Source of the DNA: an uncultured Selenomonadaceae bacterium
Lineage (GTDB): Bacteria > Bacillota > Negativicutes > Selenomonadales > Selenomonadaceae
DNA length: 44,151 bases
Reading direction: 5' to 3'
Assembly: GCA_945873565.1 (NCBI GenBank)
Contig: CAMCDL010000001.1
Coordinates: 1 to 44,151, forward strand
Positions 18,428-28,060 of this stretch are shown here, piece by piece. The position numbers and the translations under genes are program-made. Each line of letters begins with the position of its first letter. The stretch's first letter is position 1. The notes under the pieces were generated by a model that was not told the DNA's origin, did not search any database, and saw nothing but the letters and a program-made list of their open reading frames with translations.

Positions 18428-19465
18428 ATGAAGAAATATAATGTTGCTATTCTTGGTGCTACTGGTGCTGTCGGTCAGGAGTTCCTGAACCTTATTGAGG
18501 AGCGTAATTTCCCATTTGCTGAGCTGAAGCTCCTGGCTTCCAAGCGCTCTGCAGGCAAGAAAATTCAGTTCATGGGCAAGGAGTACACCGTAGAAGAAGC
18601 AACTGAAAGCTCCTTTGAGGGAGTTGATATTGCTCTCTTTGCTGGCGGCTCCATCAGCAAGACCTTTGCCCCAGTTGCAGTAAAGGCCGGTGCAGTTGTT
18701 ATTGATAATTCCAGCACCTTCCGCATGGACCCAGAGGTTCCGCTGGTGGTTCCTGAGGTAAATCCAGAGGCAATCAGCCAGCACAAGGGTATTATCGCAA
18801 ATCCAAACTGCTCCACTATCATTATGGTTATGGCTTTAAAGCCTCTCTATGAGGTTTCCAAGATAAAGCGTATCGTTGTATCTACCTATCAGGCAGTTTC
18901 CGGCGGTGGCAAGGAGGCTATGGCTGAGCTCGAGCAGCAGGTAAAGGATATCAACGATGGCAAGGAAGTTGTAGCAAACATCCTGCCAGGCGCTTCTCTG
19001 TCAAAGCATTATCAGATTGCCTTCAACCTGATTCCTCAGATTGATGTCTTCAAGGAAAATCTCTACACTAAGGAAGAGATGAAGATGATAGATGAAACCA
19101 AGAAGATCATGAGCGATGATTCCATGCGTATTACCGCGACTACCATCCGTGTTCCTGTTTACCGCAGCCATGCTGAGTCTGTAAACGTTGAGTTTGAGGA
19201 TGAGGTTTCTGTAGAGAAGGCTCGTGAGGCTCTGGCAGCATTCCCTGGCGTTACCCTTACTGATAATCCAGATGAGCAGGTATATCCAATGCCTCTCTTT
19301 ACCTCCGGCAAGGATGATGTAGAGGTTGGCCGTATCCGTAAGGACTATTCTATTGACAATGGCCTGAACTTCTGGGTATGCGGTGATCAGATCAGAAAGG
19401 GCGCTGCGCTCAATGCTCTCCAGATTGCAGAATACATGATTGAGAATAATATGATAAAAGCATAA
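18428..19465 (+). CDS. asd: Aspartate-semialdehyde dehydrogenase
   Basis: 345 aa. The motifs are ILGATGAVG, the active-site NPNCSTI and the tail GDQIRKGAALNALQIAE. Confidence 0.95.
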   Translation: MKKYNVAILGATGAVGQEFLNLIEERNFPFAELKLLASKRSAGKKIQFMGKEYTVEEATESSFEGVDIALFAGGSISKTFAPVAVKAGAVVIDNSSTFRMDPEVPLVVPEVNPEAISQHKGIIANPNCSTIIMVMALKPLYEVSKIKRIVVSTYQAVSGGGKEAMAELEQQVKDINDGKEVVANILPGASLSKHYQIAFNLIPQIDVFKENLYTKEEMKMIDETKKIMSDDSMRITATTIRVPVYRSHAESVNVEFEDEVSVEKAREALAAFPGVTLTDNPDEQVYPMPLFTSGKDDVEVGRIRKDYSIDNGLNFWVCGDQIRKGAALNALQIAEYMIENNMIKA

Positions 19466-19529
19466 GTATACATGCTGCTTCGTTGACATTCCTATTCCTT
19501 TATGGTATCATTAACATAACTTAATAGGG

Positions 19530-19638
19530 CCTTTAAGACATGTCCAGAGAGGCTGTCAAGGGAGCTATCATCTGAATATACTTTTATTTTATGGTCATTA
19601 TGGCTTCTTTGTGCGCTGGCATGAAGGAGCCTTTTTTT
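19530..19638 (+). promoter_or_regulatory. PyrR-binding anti-antiterminator hairpin plus intrinsic terminator (pyr attenuator)
   Basis: CCTTTAAGACATGTCCAGAGAGGCTGTCAAGG (19530-19561) carries the conserved UCCAGAGAGGCU PyrR loop. Downstream, GGCTTCTT (19602-19609) pairs with AAGGAGCC (19624-19631) and a T7 run follows, just ahead of pyrB. Confidence 0.8.
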
Positions 19639-19680
19639 ATGTTCTGTTAGGCCCGATATGCTTTGTAAGGAGTGATTCTC

Positions 19681-20634
19681 TTGGGTAAGGCCAACGTAAA
19701 TCTCAGGGGCAAGGACATTCTGGCTCTGGAGTATTTGTCCATTGAGGAAATCCAGACTATCCTGGAAACCGCAAAAGAGATGAAGAATGTCATCCACCGC
19801 GATATCAAGAAGGTTCCAGCTCTTAGAGGAAAGGCAATTGTAACACTTTTCTATGAGCCAAGTACTCGTACACGCTCATCCTTTGAGCTGGCAGGAAAAT
19901 ACCTTGGTGCGGATGTTATCAACATTACTGCTGGCACCAGCAGCATAGTAAAGGGCGAGAGCCTCAGGGATACTCTCTACACCATGGAGGCTATGGGTGT
20001 GGATGCTATAGTAATGCGCCACAAGGCCGAGGGTGCAGCTGAATATGCTTCTAAGGTTGTAAGCCCGGTTATCATCAACGCTGGCGATGGAGCTCATGCA
20101 CATCCATCCCAGGGCCTGCTTAATCTGTTCACCATCATGGAGCATAGATGCCCTGATGGAAATTTCAAGGGAATGAAGGCTGCTATTCTTGGTGATATCC
20201 TCCATAGCCGTGTAGCACGCTCTGATATTCAGGGTATGCGCAAGATGGGCATAGAGGTTCATCTTGCTGGTCCTAAGTCTCTGATGCCAAGATTTCTTTT
20301 CGAGGAGGAAGGTATTGTTGTTCATGACAGGATTGAGGATGCAATAAAGGATGCTGATGTTATCAACGTGCTGAGAATTCAGCTGGAGCGTCAGAAGTCC
20401 GGACTGTTCCCATCTCCTAGAGAATATGCCCGAATATTCGGCTTAAATGACGAGCGCCTGCAGCTGGCTAAAAAGGACGTTCTTGTGCTCCATCCAGGGC
20501 CAATGAACAAGGGCCTTGAGATTTCTCCTTTTGTAGCATATGGTGAGAATTCTGCTATTCAGGAGCAGGTACAGAATGGTGTTGCAGTCCGTATGGCGAT
20601 ACTGACCCATGCATTGGCAGGAGGTAAAGAATGA
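19681..20634 (+). CDS. pyrB: Aspartate carbamoyltransferase catalytic subunit
   Basis: The motifs are EPSTRTRSSFE, HPSQGL and HPGP. I chose TTG 19681, which lies 8 nt after AAGGAG, because the listed GTG 19672 overlaps the RBS. Confidence 0.93.
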   Translation: MGKANVNLRGKDILALEYLSIEEIQTILETAKEMKNVIHRDIKKVPALRGKAIVTLFYEPSTRTRSSFELAGKYLGADVINITAGTSSIVKGESLRDTLYTMEAMGVDAIVMRHKAEGAAEYASKVVSPVIINAGDGAHAHPSQGLLNLFTIMEHRCPDGNFKGMKAAILGDILHSRVARSDIQGMRKMGIEVHLAGPKSLMPRFLFEEEGIVVHDRIEDAIKDADVINVLRIQLERQKSGLFPSPREYARIFGLNDERLQLAKKDVLVLHPGPMNKGLEISPFVAYGENSAIQEQVQNGVAVRMAILTHALAGGKE

Positions 20635-21917
20635 AGACTTTGATAAAGGGCGGCAGGGTAATAGACCCTGCTAATAAAATAGATGGCGTTTTAGATGTCC
20701 TGATCGAGGACGGAAAAATTGCAGCAGTAGGTGAGGAGCTCCCAGATGATGATGCTGAAATCATCGATGCTGAGGGACTGCTGGTTACACCAGGCCTTAT
20801 AGATATGCATGTTCACTTAAGAGAGCCTGGCCAGGAGGCTAAGGAGGATTTCCTTACCGGCTCCAGAGCAGCAGCTGCTGGCGGTTATACTACTATTGCT
20901 ACTATGCCAAATACCAAGCCGGTAGTTGATACAGTAGCGCTTGTACGTTCTCTGCAGGAGCGTGCTCGTGAGGTTGGCAAGGTTCACATTGAGATAATAG
21001 GTGCTGTCACTAAGGGACAGAAGGGCGAAGAGATGGCAGAGATGGGAGATATGGCTCAGGCTGGTGCTGTGGCCTTCTCCGATGATGGCCATTTCACTAA
21101 GTCATCCAAGGTTATGCTCAACTGCCTTGATTATGTACGTACCTTTGATAAGGTTATTATCAATCATGATGAGGAGCCTTCCCTGGTTGAGGAGGGTGTC
21201 ATGAATGAAAGCCATAGAAGTGCAATGCTTGGCATGAAGGGCCGCCCTACAGTAGCCGAGGATATTGCAGTATATCGTGACATTGCCTTAGCTGAGTATG
21301 CTGATGCAAAGGTTCATGTTGCTCATATCAGCTCCGGCCGTTCTGTTGAGCTGGTTCGTCAGGCCAAGGCCCGCGGCGTAAAGGTTACTGCAGAGGCTAC
21401 TCCGCAGCATCTCACAATGACTGATTCAATGGTTCAGCTGCATGACAGCTCCACCAAGATTAATCCGCCGCTTCGTGAGCAGAAGGATGTAGATGCAGTA
21501 CTGGCAGGACTTAAGGATGGTACTATCGACTGCATCGTCACCGACCATTCTCCACACGCTCAAGAGGAAAAGGACCGCGAGTATATCTATGCTCCAAGCG
21601 GATTTCCAGGTCTGGAGACTTCCCTGGGTGTTCTCTTCACTGATCTTGTACATACTGGCAAGCTTGACCTCTACAGAATGATTGAGGCTATGACTAGTGC
21701 ACCAGCTAAGATTTTCAAGCTGAATGCTGGCAGCCTGGCTAAGGGAATGCCAGCAGATATTGCTGTAATTGACCCTGAGCTTGAATGGGTAGTAGATGAT
21801 TCCAAGTTCTACACCAAGGGCTCACATTCTCCATTCATCGGCCGCAGCCTTAAGGGCAAGCCCGTTATGACCTTCGTTGATGGCGAGATGGTCATGAAGG
21901 ATGGCCTTGTAGATTAA
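20631..21917 (+). CDS. pyrC: Dihydroorotase
   Basis: 428 aa. The motifs are PGLIDMHVHLREPG and DHSPH. The start overlaps the pyrB stop through ATGA. Confidence 0.95.
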   Translation: MKTLIKGGRVIDPANKIDGVLDVLIEDGKIAAVGEELPDDDAEIIDAEGLLVTPGLIDMHVHLREPGQEAKEDFLTGSRAAAAGGYTTIATMPNTKPVVDTVALVRSLQERAREVGKVHIEIIGAVTKGQKGEEMAEMGDMAQAGAVAFSDDGHFTKSSKVMLNCLDYVRTFDKVIINHDEEPSLVEEGVMNESHRSAMLGMKGRPTVAEDIAVYRDIALAEYADAKVHVAHISSGRSVELVRQAKARGVKVTAEATPQHLTMTDSMVQLHDSSTKINPPLREQKDVDAVLAGLKDGTIDCIVTDHSPHAQEEKDREYIYAPSGFPGLETSLGVLFTDLVHTGKLDLYRMIEAMTSAPAKIFKLNAGSLAKGMPADIAVIDPELEWVVDDSKFYTKGSHSPFIGRSLKGKPVMTFVDGEMVMKDGLVD

Positions 21918-21933
21918 TGCAGGAGGTGCAATT

Positions 21934-23016
21934 TTGAAAGGTAAGCTTATTTTAGAAGATGGCAGTGTGTTTACTGGCACCCTGCTGAATAATATTAAGG
22001 CTACTGGCGAGGTTGTATTCAATACTGGTATGACCGGTTATCAGGAAATATTGACTGACCCTTCCTACTGCCGCCAGATTGTTACCCTAACCTATCCGCT
22101 CATTGGTAATTACGGTGTGGCTGCTAAATTTATGCAGTCCAGGAAATCCTTTGTAAATGGCTTTATCATCGGCGAGCTCTGCCTTGAGGGCAGCAACTGG
22201 CAGATGGAAGGAGAGCTGGCAGATTTCCTGACCCGTCAGGGCATTCCTTGTCTTTACAATGTAGATACCAGAGCAGTAACCAGAAAAATTCGTTCTGCAG
22301 GTACTATGAAGGGCATTATTGTTCCTGAGGATGCGTCCAAGACTGAGATAGATGAGCTCTTTAACGTGCCAATCAAGAAGGACGTTGTAAAGGAGGTCAC
22401 CACTCCTGAGGCATATGAGATAAAGTCTGAAAGCGGTGAAGGACCAGAGGTTGTAGTGATGGATTTCGGTATCAAGCAGAATATTCTGACCTCCATGCAT
22501 GACCTTGGCTGCAACCTGAAGGTTGTACCAGCATCTACAACTGCTGAAGAAATTCTGGCAATGAATCCGGATGGAATCTTCCTTTCTAATGGCCCTGGTG
22601 ATCCTAAGGATGTACCAGAGGTTATTGAAGAGGTAAAGAAGCTGATTGGCAAGAAGCCTATGTTCGGCATTTGCCTTGGCCATCAGCTCATATCACTGGC
22701 ACTTGGTGCAGATACCTACAAGCTTAAGTTTGGTCATCGCGGCTCCAACCAGCCAGTAAAGAATCTTCTTAATACCCGTGTCCACATTACCTCTCAGAAT
22801 CACGGCTATGCTGTAGATGATAAGTCCTTGGAGGGACTTCCATTAGAGGTCACTCATGTGAATGTAAACGATGGCACAGTAGAGGGTGTAAGACACACTT
22901 CTCTGCCACTGTTCTCAGTTCAGTACCATCCAGAGGCTTCACCTGGACCAGATGATAATATGTATCTGTTTGATCAGTTCTGGACACTGCTGACTGGTGA
23001 GACAAAGGGGGAATAA
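21934..23016 (+). CDS. carA: Carbamoyl-phosphate synthase small (glutaminase) subunit
   Basis: 360 aa with a TTG start after AGGAGG. It has the GICLGHQ catalytic Cys and the triad region SQNHGYAV / QYHPE. Confidence 0.95.
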   Translation: MKGKLILEDGSVFTGTLLNNIKATGEVVFNTGMTGYQEILTDPSYCRQIVTLTYPLIGNYGVAAKFMQSRKSFVNGFIIGELCLEGSNWQMEGELADFLTRQGIPCLYNVDTRAVTRKIRSAGTMKGIIVPEDASKTEIDELFNVPIKKDVVKEVTTPEAYEIKSESGEGPEVVVMDFGIKQNILTSMHDLGCNLKVVPASTTAEEILAMNPDGIFLSNGPGDPKDVPEVIEEVKKLIGKKPMFGICLGHQLISLALGADTYKLKFGHRGSNQPVKNLLNTRVHITSQNHGYAVDDKSLEGLPLEVTHVNVNDGTVEGVRHTSLPLFSVQYHPEASPGPDDNMYLFDQFWTLLTGETKGE

Positions 23017-23019
23017 TCG

Positions 23020-26000
23020 GTGCCAAAGAAGGAATATTTAAAAAAGGTTATCGTAATTGGTTCTGGCCCTATCATTATCGGCCAGGCAGCAGAATTTGAT
23101 TACGCTGGTTCCCAGGCATGCCGTGCTCTTAAAGAAGAAGGCTTGGAGGTTGTACTGGTAAACAGTAATCCTGCTACCATTATGACTGACACTAATATGG
23201 CTGACCGCGTATATATTGAGCCTCTTACTGTAGAGTTTATGGAAGAAATCATCAGCAAGGAAAAGCCTGATGGTCTCCTGGCAACTCTTGGCGGACAGGC
23301 TGGCCTCAATCTGGCAGTTCAGCTTTCTGAACAGGGTATTCTTGAAAAGTACGGAGTTGAGCTGCTCGGTACCCCATTAAAGGCCATCGAGCAGGCTGAG
23401 GACCGCGAACTCTTCAAGGAAACCATGAATAAGCTTGGTGAGCCAATTCCTGAGTCCACTATCGTAGAGGATGTATCCTCTGCAGTCGCTTTTGCTCATG
23501 AAATCGGCTATCCGCTGATTGTGCGTCCTGCCTATACCATGGGTGGTACCGGTGGCGGTATTGCAGATAGCGAGGATGAGCTCATTGATATCGTTATCAA
23601 GGGACTCAAGTACTCCATGATTGGCCAGGTTCTCATTGAGCGCAGCGTAGCAGGCTGGAAGGAAATCGAATATGAGGTAATGCGTGATGGTAATGACAAC
23701 TGCATTACTGTCTGCAACATGGAGAACTTTGACCCAGTTGGTGTACATACTGGTGACTCAATCGTTGTAGCACCATCTCAGACCCTTACCGACCATGAAT
23801 ATCAGATGCTGAGAAGTGCCAGCCTCAGAATTATTCGTGAGCTGGGTATTGAGGGCGGCTGCAATGCGCAGTATGCACTTGACCCTAACAGCAATCAGTA
23901 CTATGTAATCGAGGTAAACCCAAGAGTAAGCCGTTCCTCCGCTCTCGCATCAAAGGCTACCGGCTATCCTATCGCAAAGGTTTCCGCAAAGATTGCTATC
24001 GGTTATACCCTGGACGAGATTACCAACGCTGTAACCCAGAAGACAAAGGCTTGCTTCGAGCCTGCTCTTGACTACTGCGTTGTTAAGTTCCCACGCTGGC
24101 CATTTGATAAGTTCGTATATGCAGACAAGACCCTTGGTACTCAGATGAAGGCTACCGGTGAGGTAATGTCCATTGATAGAAACTTCGAGGGCGCAATTCT
24201 TAAGGCTGCCCGTTCTCTGGAAATTGGCGTAAACCGCCTGCACCTCAAGAAGATGCCAGGCTGGGATGATGCAAAGGTGCTGAAGAGACTGGGCCGCTGC
24301 AATGATGAGCGTATATTCGTAATTGCTGAGGCACTGCGCCGCAAGGTGGCAACCATTGATGAAATCTATGAGATTACCAAGGTTGACAAGTGGTTCCTCA
24401 GAAAGATTGCTAAGATTGCTAACATCGAGAACCGTCTGGCAGAAGAACAGCTTACCCCTAGCTTGCTGCTGGCAGCAAAGGATGTAGGCCTGGCTGACGT
24501 ATCCATTGCTGAATGCTGTGGCAAGACTGCTGATGAGATCCGTACCATGCGCAAGAAGATGGGTATACTGCCTTGCTATAAGATGGTAGATACCTGCGCA
24601 GCTGAGTTCGAGGCAGCAACTCCATATTATTACTCAACATTCCATGCTCAGGAGGATGAGGTAGATACCTCCAGCACCCGCCGCAAGGTTGTGGTACTTG
24701 GCTCCGGTCCTATCCGTATTGGTCAGGGTGTAGAGTTTGACTACTGCTCCGTACATTCTGTATGGGCCCTGAGAAATATGGGTATTGAGGCAATTATTAT
24801 CAACAATAATCCAGAGACAGTATCAACTGACTTTGATATTTCCGATAGACTCTATTTTGAGCCTCTGACCACTGAAGATGTCCTGAACATCATTGATAAG
24901 GAAAAGCCAGAAGGTGTAATCGTACAGTTCGGCGGACAGACTGCTATCAACCTGGCAGAATCCCTGCAGAAAGCAGGTGTAAGGGTATTTGGTACCTCTG
25001 TAGATGATATTGACCGTGCTGAGGACAGAGAGCGTTTTGATGAGGTCCTTACCCAGGCAGGAATTCCACGTCCGCAGGGTATCAGCGTAACCAACCAGGA
25101 GGATGCAATTAAGGGCGCTGAGGAAATCGGTTACCCTGTAATGGTGCGTCCATCCTATGTACTGGGCGGACGCGCTATGGAAATCGTATACAATGAGGAA
25201 GAGCTCCGGGACTACATGGGCCGTGCAGTTCAGGTTACTCCAGAGCATCCGGTTCTGGTTGACCGCTATATGCAGGGTACTGAGGTTGAGGTTGACGCAA
25301 TTTCAGATGGTGTTGATGTGGTAATCCCAGGTATCATGGAGCACGTTGAGAGAGCCGGCGTTCATTCCGGTGACTCCATTGCGGTGTATCCTCCGCAAAC
25401 ACTCCCTGCCAAGGTGATTTTCACCATCATTGACTACACAAGAAGACTGGCAGTAGGCCTCCATGTAAAGGGCCTTCTGAATATTCAGTATGTAGTAGTA
25501 AATGATGAGGTATTTGTAATTGAGGTAAATCCTCGTTCTTCCCGTACAGTACCATTCCTGAGCAAGGTTACTGACATCCAGATGGTGGATGTAGCTACTC
25601 AGGTGGCACTGGGTTCCAGCCTGAAGGAGCTGGGCTACAAATCTGGCCTGGTTACTCCAAAGCCATATGTAGCAGTGAAGGCACCAGTATTTTCCTTCAA
25701 CAAGATGGCTGATGTGGATATCTCCCTCGGACCTGAGATGAAATCTACTGGCGAGGTAATGGGTATAGATTATCATTATGCTCGTGCCCTCTACAAGGCA
25801 ATTACTGGCGCAGGCATGAACGTGCCTGTTAATGGCTGCATCCTCTTTACTGTGGCTAATAAGGATAAGGAAGAAATGAAGCAGCTGGCAAATGCCTTCT
25901 ATGAGCTGGGATTCAAGCTGGTAGCTACTTCTGGTACTGCAAAGGCAATCCAGTCTATGGGCATTGATGCTGAAGTAGTAGGCAAGATGCATGAGAGAAG

Positions 26001-26256
26001 TGTCGATATCATTCAGATGATTAAGAAGGGCCAGATTCACATGGTAATAAACACCATGAATCAGAATCAGGGCAAGAGCGTAGCAAATGACGGCTTCAAG
26101 ATACGCCGTGCTACTGTAGAGCATGCTATCCCATGCCTCACTTCCCTTGATACCGCTTGGGAGGTTCTCAGAGTATTGACATTTATGAGAGAGCGTCGTC
26201 TGGTATATAGCCTGGCAATCCAGGACTATGTAGGCGGTGGTGATGATTTAGCTTGA
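23020..26256 (+). CDS. carB: Carbamoyl-phosphate synthase large subunit
   Basis: 1078 aa. It has duplicated ATP-grasp halves ([17 protein letters not shown] and [17 protein letters not shown]) and a C-terminal MGS-like domain. Confidence 0.97.
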   Translation: MPKKEYLKKVIVIGSGPIIIGQAAEFDYAGSQACRALKEEGLEVVLVNSNPATIMTDTNMADRVYIEPLTVEFMEEIISKEKPDGLLATLGGQAGLNLAVQLSEQGILEKYGVELLGTPLKAIEQAEDRELFKETMNKLGEPIPESTIVEDVSSAVAFAHEIGYPLIVRPAYTMGGTGGGIADSEDELIDIVIKGLKYSMIGQVLIERSVAGWKEIEYEVMRDGNDNCITVCNMENFDPVGVHTGDSIVVAPSQTLTDHEYQMLRSASLRIIRELGIEGGCNAQYALDPNSNQYYVIEVNPRVSRSSALASKATGYPIAKVSAKIAIGYTLDEITNAVTQKTKACFEPALDYCVVKFPRWPFDKFVYADKTLGTQMKATGEVMSIDRNFEGAILKAARSLEIGVNRLHLKKMPGWDDAKVLKRLGRCNDERIFVIAEALRRKVATIDEIYEITKVDKWFLRKIAKIANIENRLAEEQLTPSLLLAAKDVGLADVSIAECCGKTADEIRTMRKKMGILPCYKMVDTCAAEFEAATPYYYSTFHAQEDEVDTSSTRRKVVVLGSGPIRIGQGVEFDYCSVHSVWALRNMGIEAIIINNNPETVSTDFDISDRLYFEPLTTEDVLNIIDKEKPEGVIVQFGGQTAINLAESLQKAGVRVFGTSVDDIDRAEDRERFDEVLTQAGIPRPQGISVTNQEDAIKGAEEIGYPVMVRPSYVLGGRAMEIVYNEEELRDYMGRAVQVTPEHPVLVDRYMQGTEVEVDAISDGVDVVIPGIMEHVERAGVHSGDSIAVYPPQTLPAKVIFTIIDYTRRLAVGLHVKGLLNIQYVVVNDEVFVIEVNPRSSRTVPFLSKVTDIQMVDVATQVALGSSLKELGYKSGLVTPKPYVAVKAPVFSFNKMADVDISLGPEMKSTGEVMGIDYHYARALYKAITGAGMNVPVNGCILFTVANKDKEEMKQLANAFYELGFKLVATSGTAKAIQSMGIDAEVVGKMHERSVDIIQMIKKGQIHMVINTMNQNQGKSVANDGFKIRRATVEHAIPCLTSLDTAWEVLRVLTFMRERRLVYSLAIQDYVGGGDDLA

Positions 26257-26269
26257 TGTGGAGGTAGAC

Positions 26270-26989
26270 ATGCAGGCAGATGATAGGCTGATAGCAGCAT
26301 TAGACTTTCACACTATAGAGGACGTAGAGAAGCTTGTAGAGACACTTGGCGACTCAGTTTCCTATTATAAGGTGGGTATGGAGCTGTTTTACAGTGCAGG
26401 TCCTCAGGTAATAACCTACCTTAAGCGACAGAACAAGAACATTTTCCTTGATCTTAAGCTGCACGACATTCCAAATACAGTTGCGGAGGGCCTGTGTTCA
26501 CTCATGGGCCTTGGGGCTGACATAGTAAATGTTCATGCCTCTGGTGGTTTCACCATGATGAAGACTGCTGCCGAAAGACTTCATGCAGCAGCTGAAGCAA
26601 GGGGTGTCCGTTGTCCTAAGATTATTGCAGTAACCATACTGACCAGCATCAATGAAGATGATTGGAGAGGACTTGGCATGCAGTGCGAAATCCGTGAACA
26701 GGTTGTGCGCCTGGCAAAGCTTGCCAAGGAAGCAGGCTTGGACGGAGTAGTGGCATCACCACAGGAGGCGGCAGCAATTCGCAAGGCCTGCGGTACAGAT
26801 TTCCTGATTATTACTCCAGGTGTAAGACCAGCTGGTGCAGCCATCAATGACCAGAGCCGTATTGCAACTCCTGCAGCAGCTCTTAAGAATGGTGCAACCC
26901 ATCTGGTGGTAGGCAGGCCTATCAGGGCAGCTGATGATCCAAGGGCTGCATCTGAGGCAATTATCAAAGAAATGGAGAGTGTAAAATAA
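26270..26989 (+). CDS. pyrF: Orotidine-5'-phosphate decarboxylase
   Basis: ATG 26270 follows a GGAGG RBS. The motifs are LIAALDF, FLDLKLHDIPNT and LVVGRPI. Confidence 0.93.
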   Translation: MQADDRLIAALDFHTIEDVEKLVETLGDSVSYYKVGMELFYSAGPQVITYLKRQNKNIFLDLKLHDIPNTVAEGLCSLMGLGADIVNVHASGGFTMMKTAAERLHAAAEARGVRCPKIIAVTILTSINEDDWRGLGMQCEIREQVVRLAKLAKEAGLDGVVASPQEAAAIRKACGTDFLIITPGVRPAGAAINDQSRIATPAAALKNGATHLVVGRPIRAADDPRAASEAIIKEMESVK

Positions 26990-27591
26990 TGGCAGAATTA
27001 AAGGCACTGACTGAAAAAGAAGTAGAGGATATGCTCATTGAGACCAGCGCAATCATGGAAGGCCACTTCCTGCTGACCTCTGGTCTTCATAGCCCAAGAT
27101 ACGTAGAAAAGTTTAACGTACTTCAGAAGCCTGTTTACACCGAGAAGCTTTGCCAGGCTATGGCTGCTAAGTTTAAGGATGCTGGTATCGAGACCGTAGT
27201 AGGTCCTGTAACCGGCGGTATTCTTCTGGCTCATGAGACTGGTAAGGCCCTTGGCACCAGAGCAATCTTCACTGAGCGTGAAAACGGCAAGATGACCTTC
27301 CGTCGTGGATTTAGTCTCCATGAAGGTGAAAGAGTCCTCATTGTCGAAGATATTGTAACTACTGGCGGTTCTATCCGTGAGGTAATTGACGTTGTAAAAG
27401 CAAACGGCGGTATTCCAGTAGCAGTAAGCATGCTGGTAGACAGAAGCGGCGGCAAGGCAACCTTCGGGGATGTACCAGCAACTGCGCTGCTGCACATGGA
27501 TGTACAGACCTATGAGCCTGACAAGTGCCCTCTGTGTCAGCAGGGTATCAGCATGACCAAGCGCGGGCGTACTGGTAAGACAGAGGGATAA
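26989..27591 (+). CDS. pyrE: Orotate phosphoribosyltransferase
   Basis: 200 aa. It has the PRPP motif VLIVEDIVTTGGS. The start overlaps the pyrF stop through TAATG. Confidence 0.93.
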   Translation: MAELKALTEKEVEDMLIETSAIMEGHFLLTSGLHSPRYVEKFNVLQKPVYTEKLCQAMAAKFKDAGIETVVGPVTGGILLAHETGKALGTRAIFTERENGKMTFRRGFSLHEGERVLIVEDIVTTGGSIREVIDVVKANGGIPVAVSMLVDRSGGKATFGDVPATALLHMDVQTYEPDKCPLCQQGISMTKRGRTGKTEG

Positions 27592-27620
27592 TAATTAAAG
27601 TAGAATATTAAATAGTAAAA

Positions 27621-27655
27621 GCCTCCGAGTTATGCAGTAATGCCGATTCGGAGGC
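27621..27655 (+). terminator. Hairpin ending the pyr operon (weak U tract)
   Basis: GCCTCCGA (27621-27628) pairs with TCGGAGGC (27648-27655) around a 19-nt loop. The tail is GTAATATTCGGTTTTT. Confidence 0.5.
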
Positions 27656-27677
27656 GTAATATTCGGTTTTTCAATAA

Positions 27678-27777
27678 TTGACAACTTAATTTACATATGA
27701 TAATATGTAACAAAGACAATCCCCCCGCCTTTCTTCTTGATGAAGGACAGATATAATCTGCGCGCGGGGGTTTTTTA
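27678..27777 (+). ncRNA. Promoter plus ~70-nt terminated transcript (candidate sRNA, or attenuating leader of the downstream HTH gene)
   Basis: TTGACA (27678-27683) is separated by 17 nt from TAATAT (27701-27706). CCCCCGC (27722-27728) then pairs with GCGGGGG (27764-27770), and a T6 run follows. The interval holds no ORF. Confidence 0.35.
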
Positions 27778-27798
27778 TTAGGGGGATTTGGTGAAAGC

Positions 27799-28011
27799 AT
27801 GAAATTAGATGATGTAATGACTACAGGCGAAGCTGCAGAGCTCTGGGGCAAGAATCCTACAACTATCAAGCACCTTTGCACTGGGATAGCAGGGAAATGG
27901 GGGCCTAAGCTGACCAGCGCTGAATGCAGAAAATCTGGCAGCGCGTGGCTGGTAACAAGGGCGGCCATGGAGCGGCTCTATGGGCCGATGCCTGCAAAAG
28001 AAACAGAATAA
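27799..28011 (+). CDS. Small MerR/excisionase-type HTH DNA-binding protein (possible recombination directionality factor)
   Basis: 70 aa. The motif TTGEAAELWGKNPTTIKHLC...WLVTRAAMERLYG is HTH_17-like. It is convergent with the serine integrase. Confidence 0.55.
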   Translation: MKLDDVMTTGEAAELWGKNPTTIKHLCTGIAGKWGPKLTSAECRKSGSAWLVTRAAMERLYGPMPAKETE

Positions 28012-28017
28012 AAGCAA

Positions 28018-28056
28018 AAGCTGACAGTGGAGAATATCTCTGCTGCCAGCTTTTTT
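28018..28056. terminator. Bidirectional terminator between the HTH gene and the integrase
   Basis: AAGCTGACAG (28018-28027) pairs with CTGCCAGCTT (28043-28052) at 9/10 positions. T6 lies on the plus side and an A-run on the minus side. Confidence 0.7.
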
Positions 28057-28060
28057 ATGA

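Noticed and set aside
22087-26124. Several 130-273-aa minus-strand ORFs inside carA and carB (for example 25303-26124 and 22087-22683)
   Set aside because: They lie entirely within highly conserved carA/carB coding sequence on the opposite strand. They are shadow ORFs.
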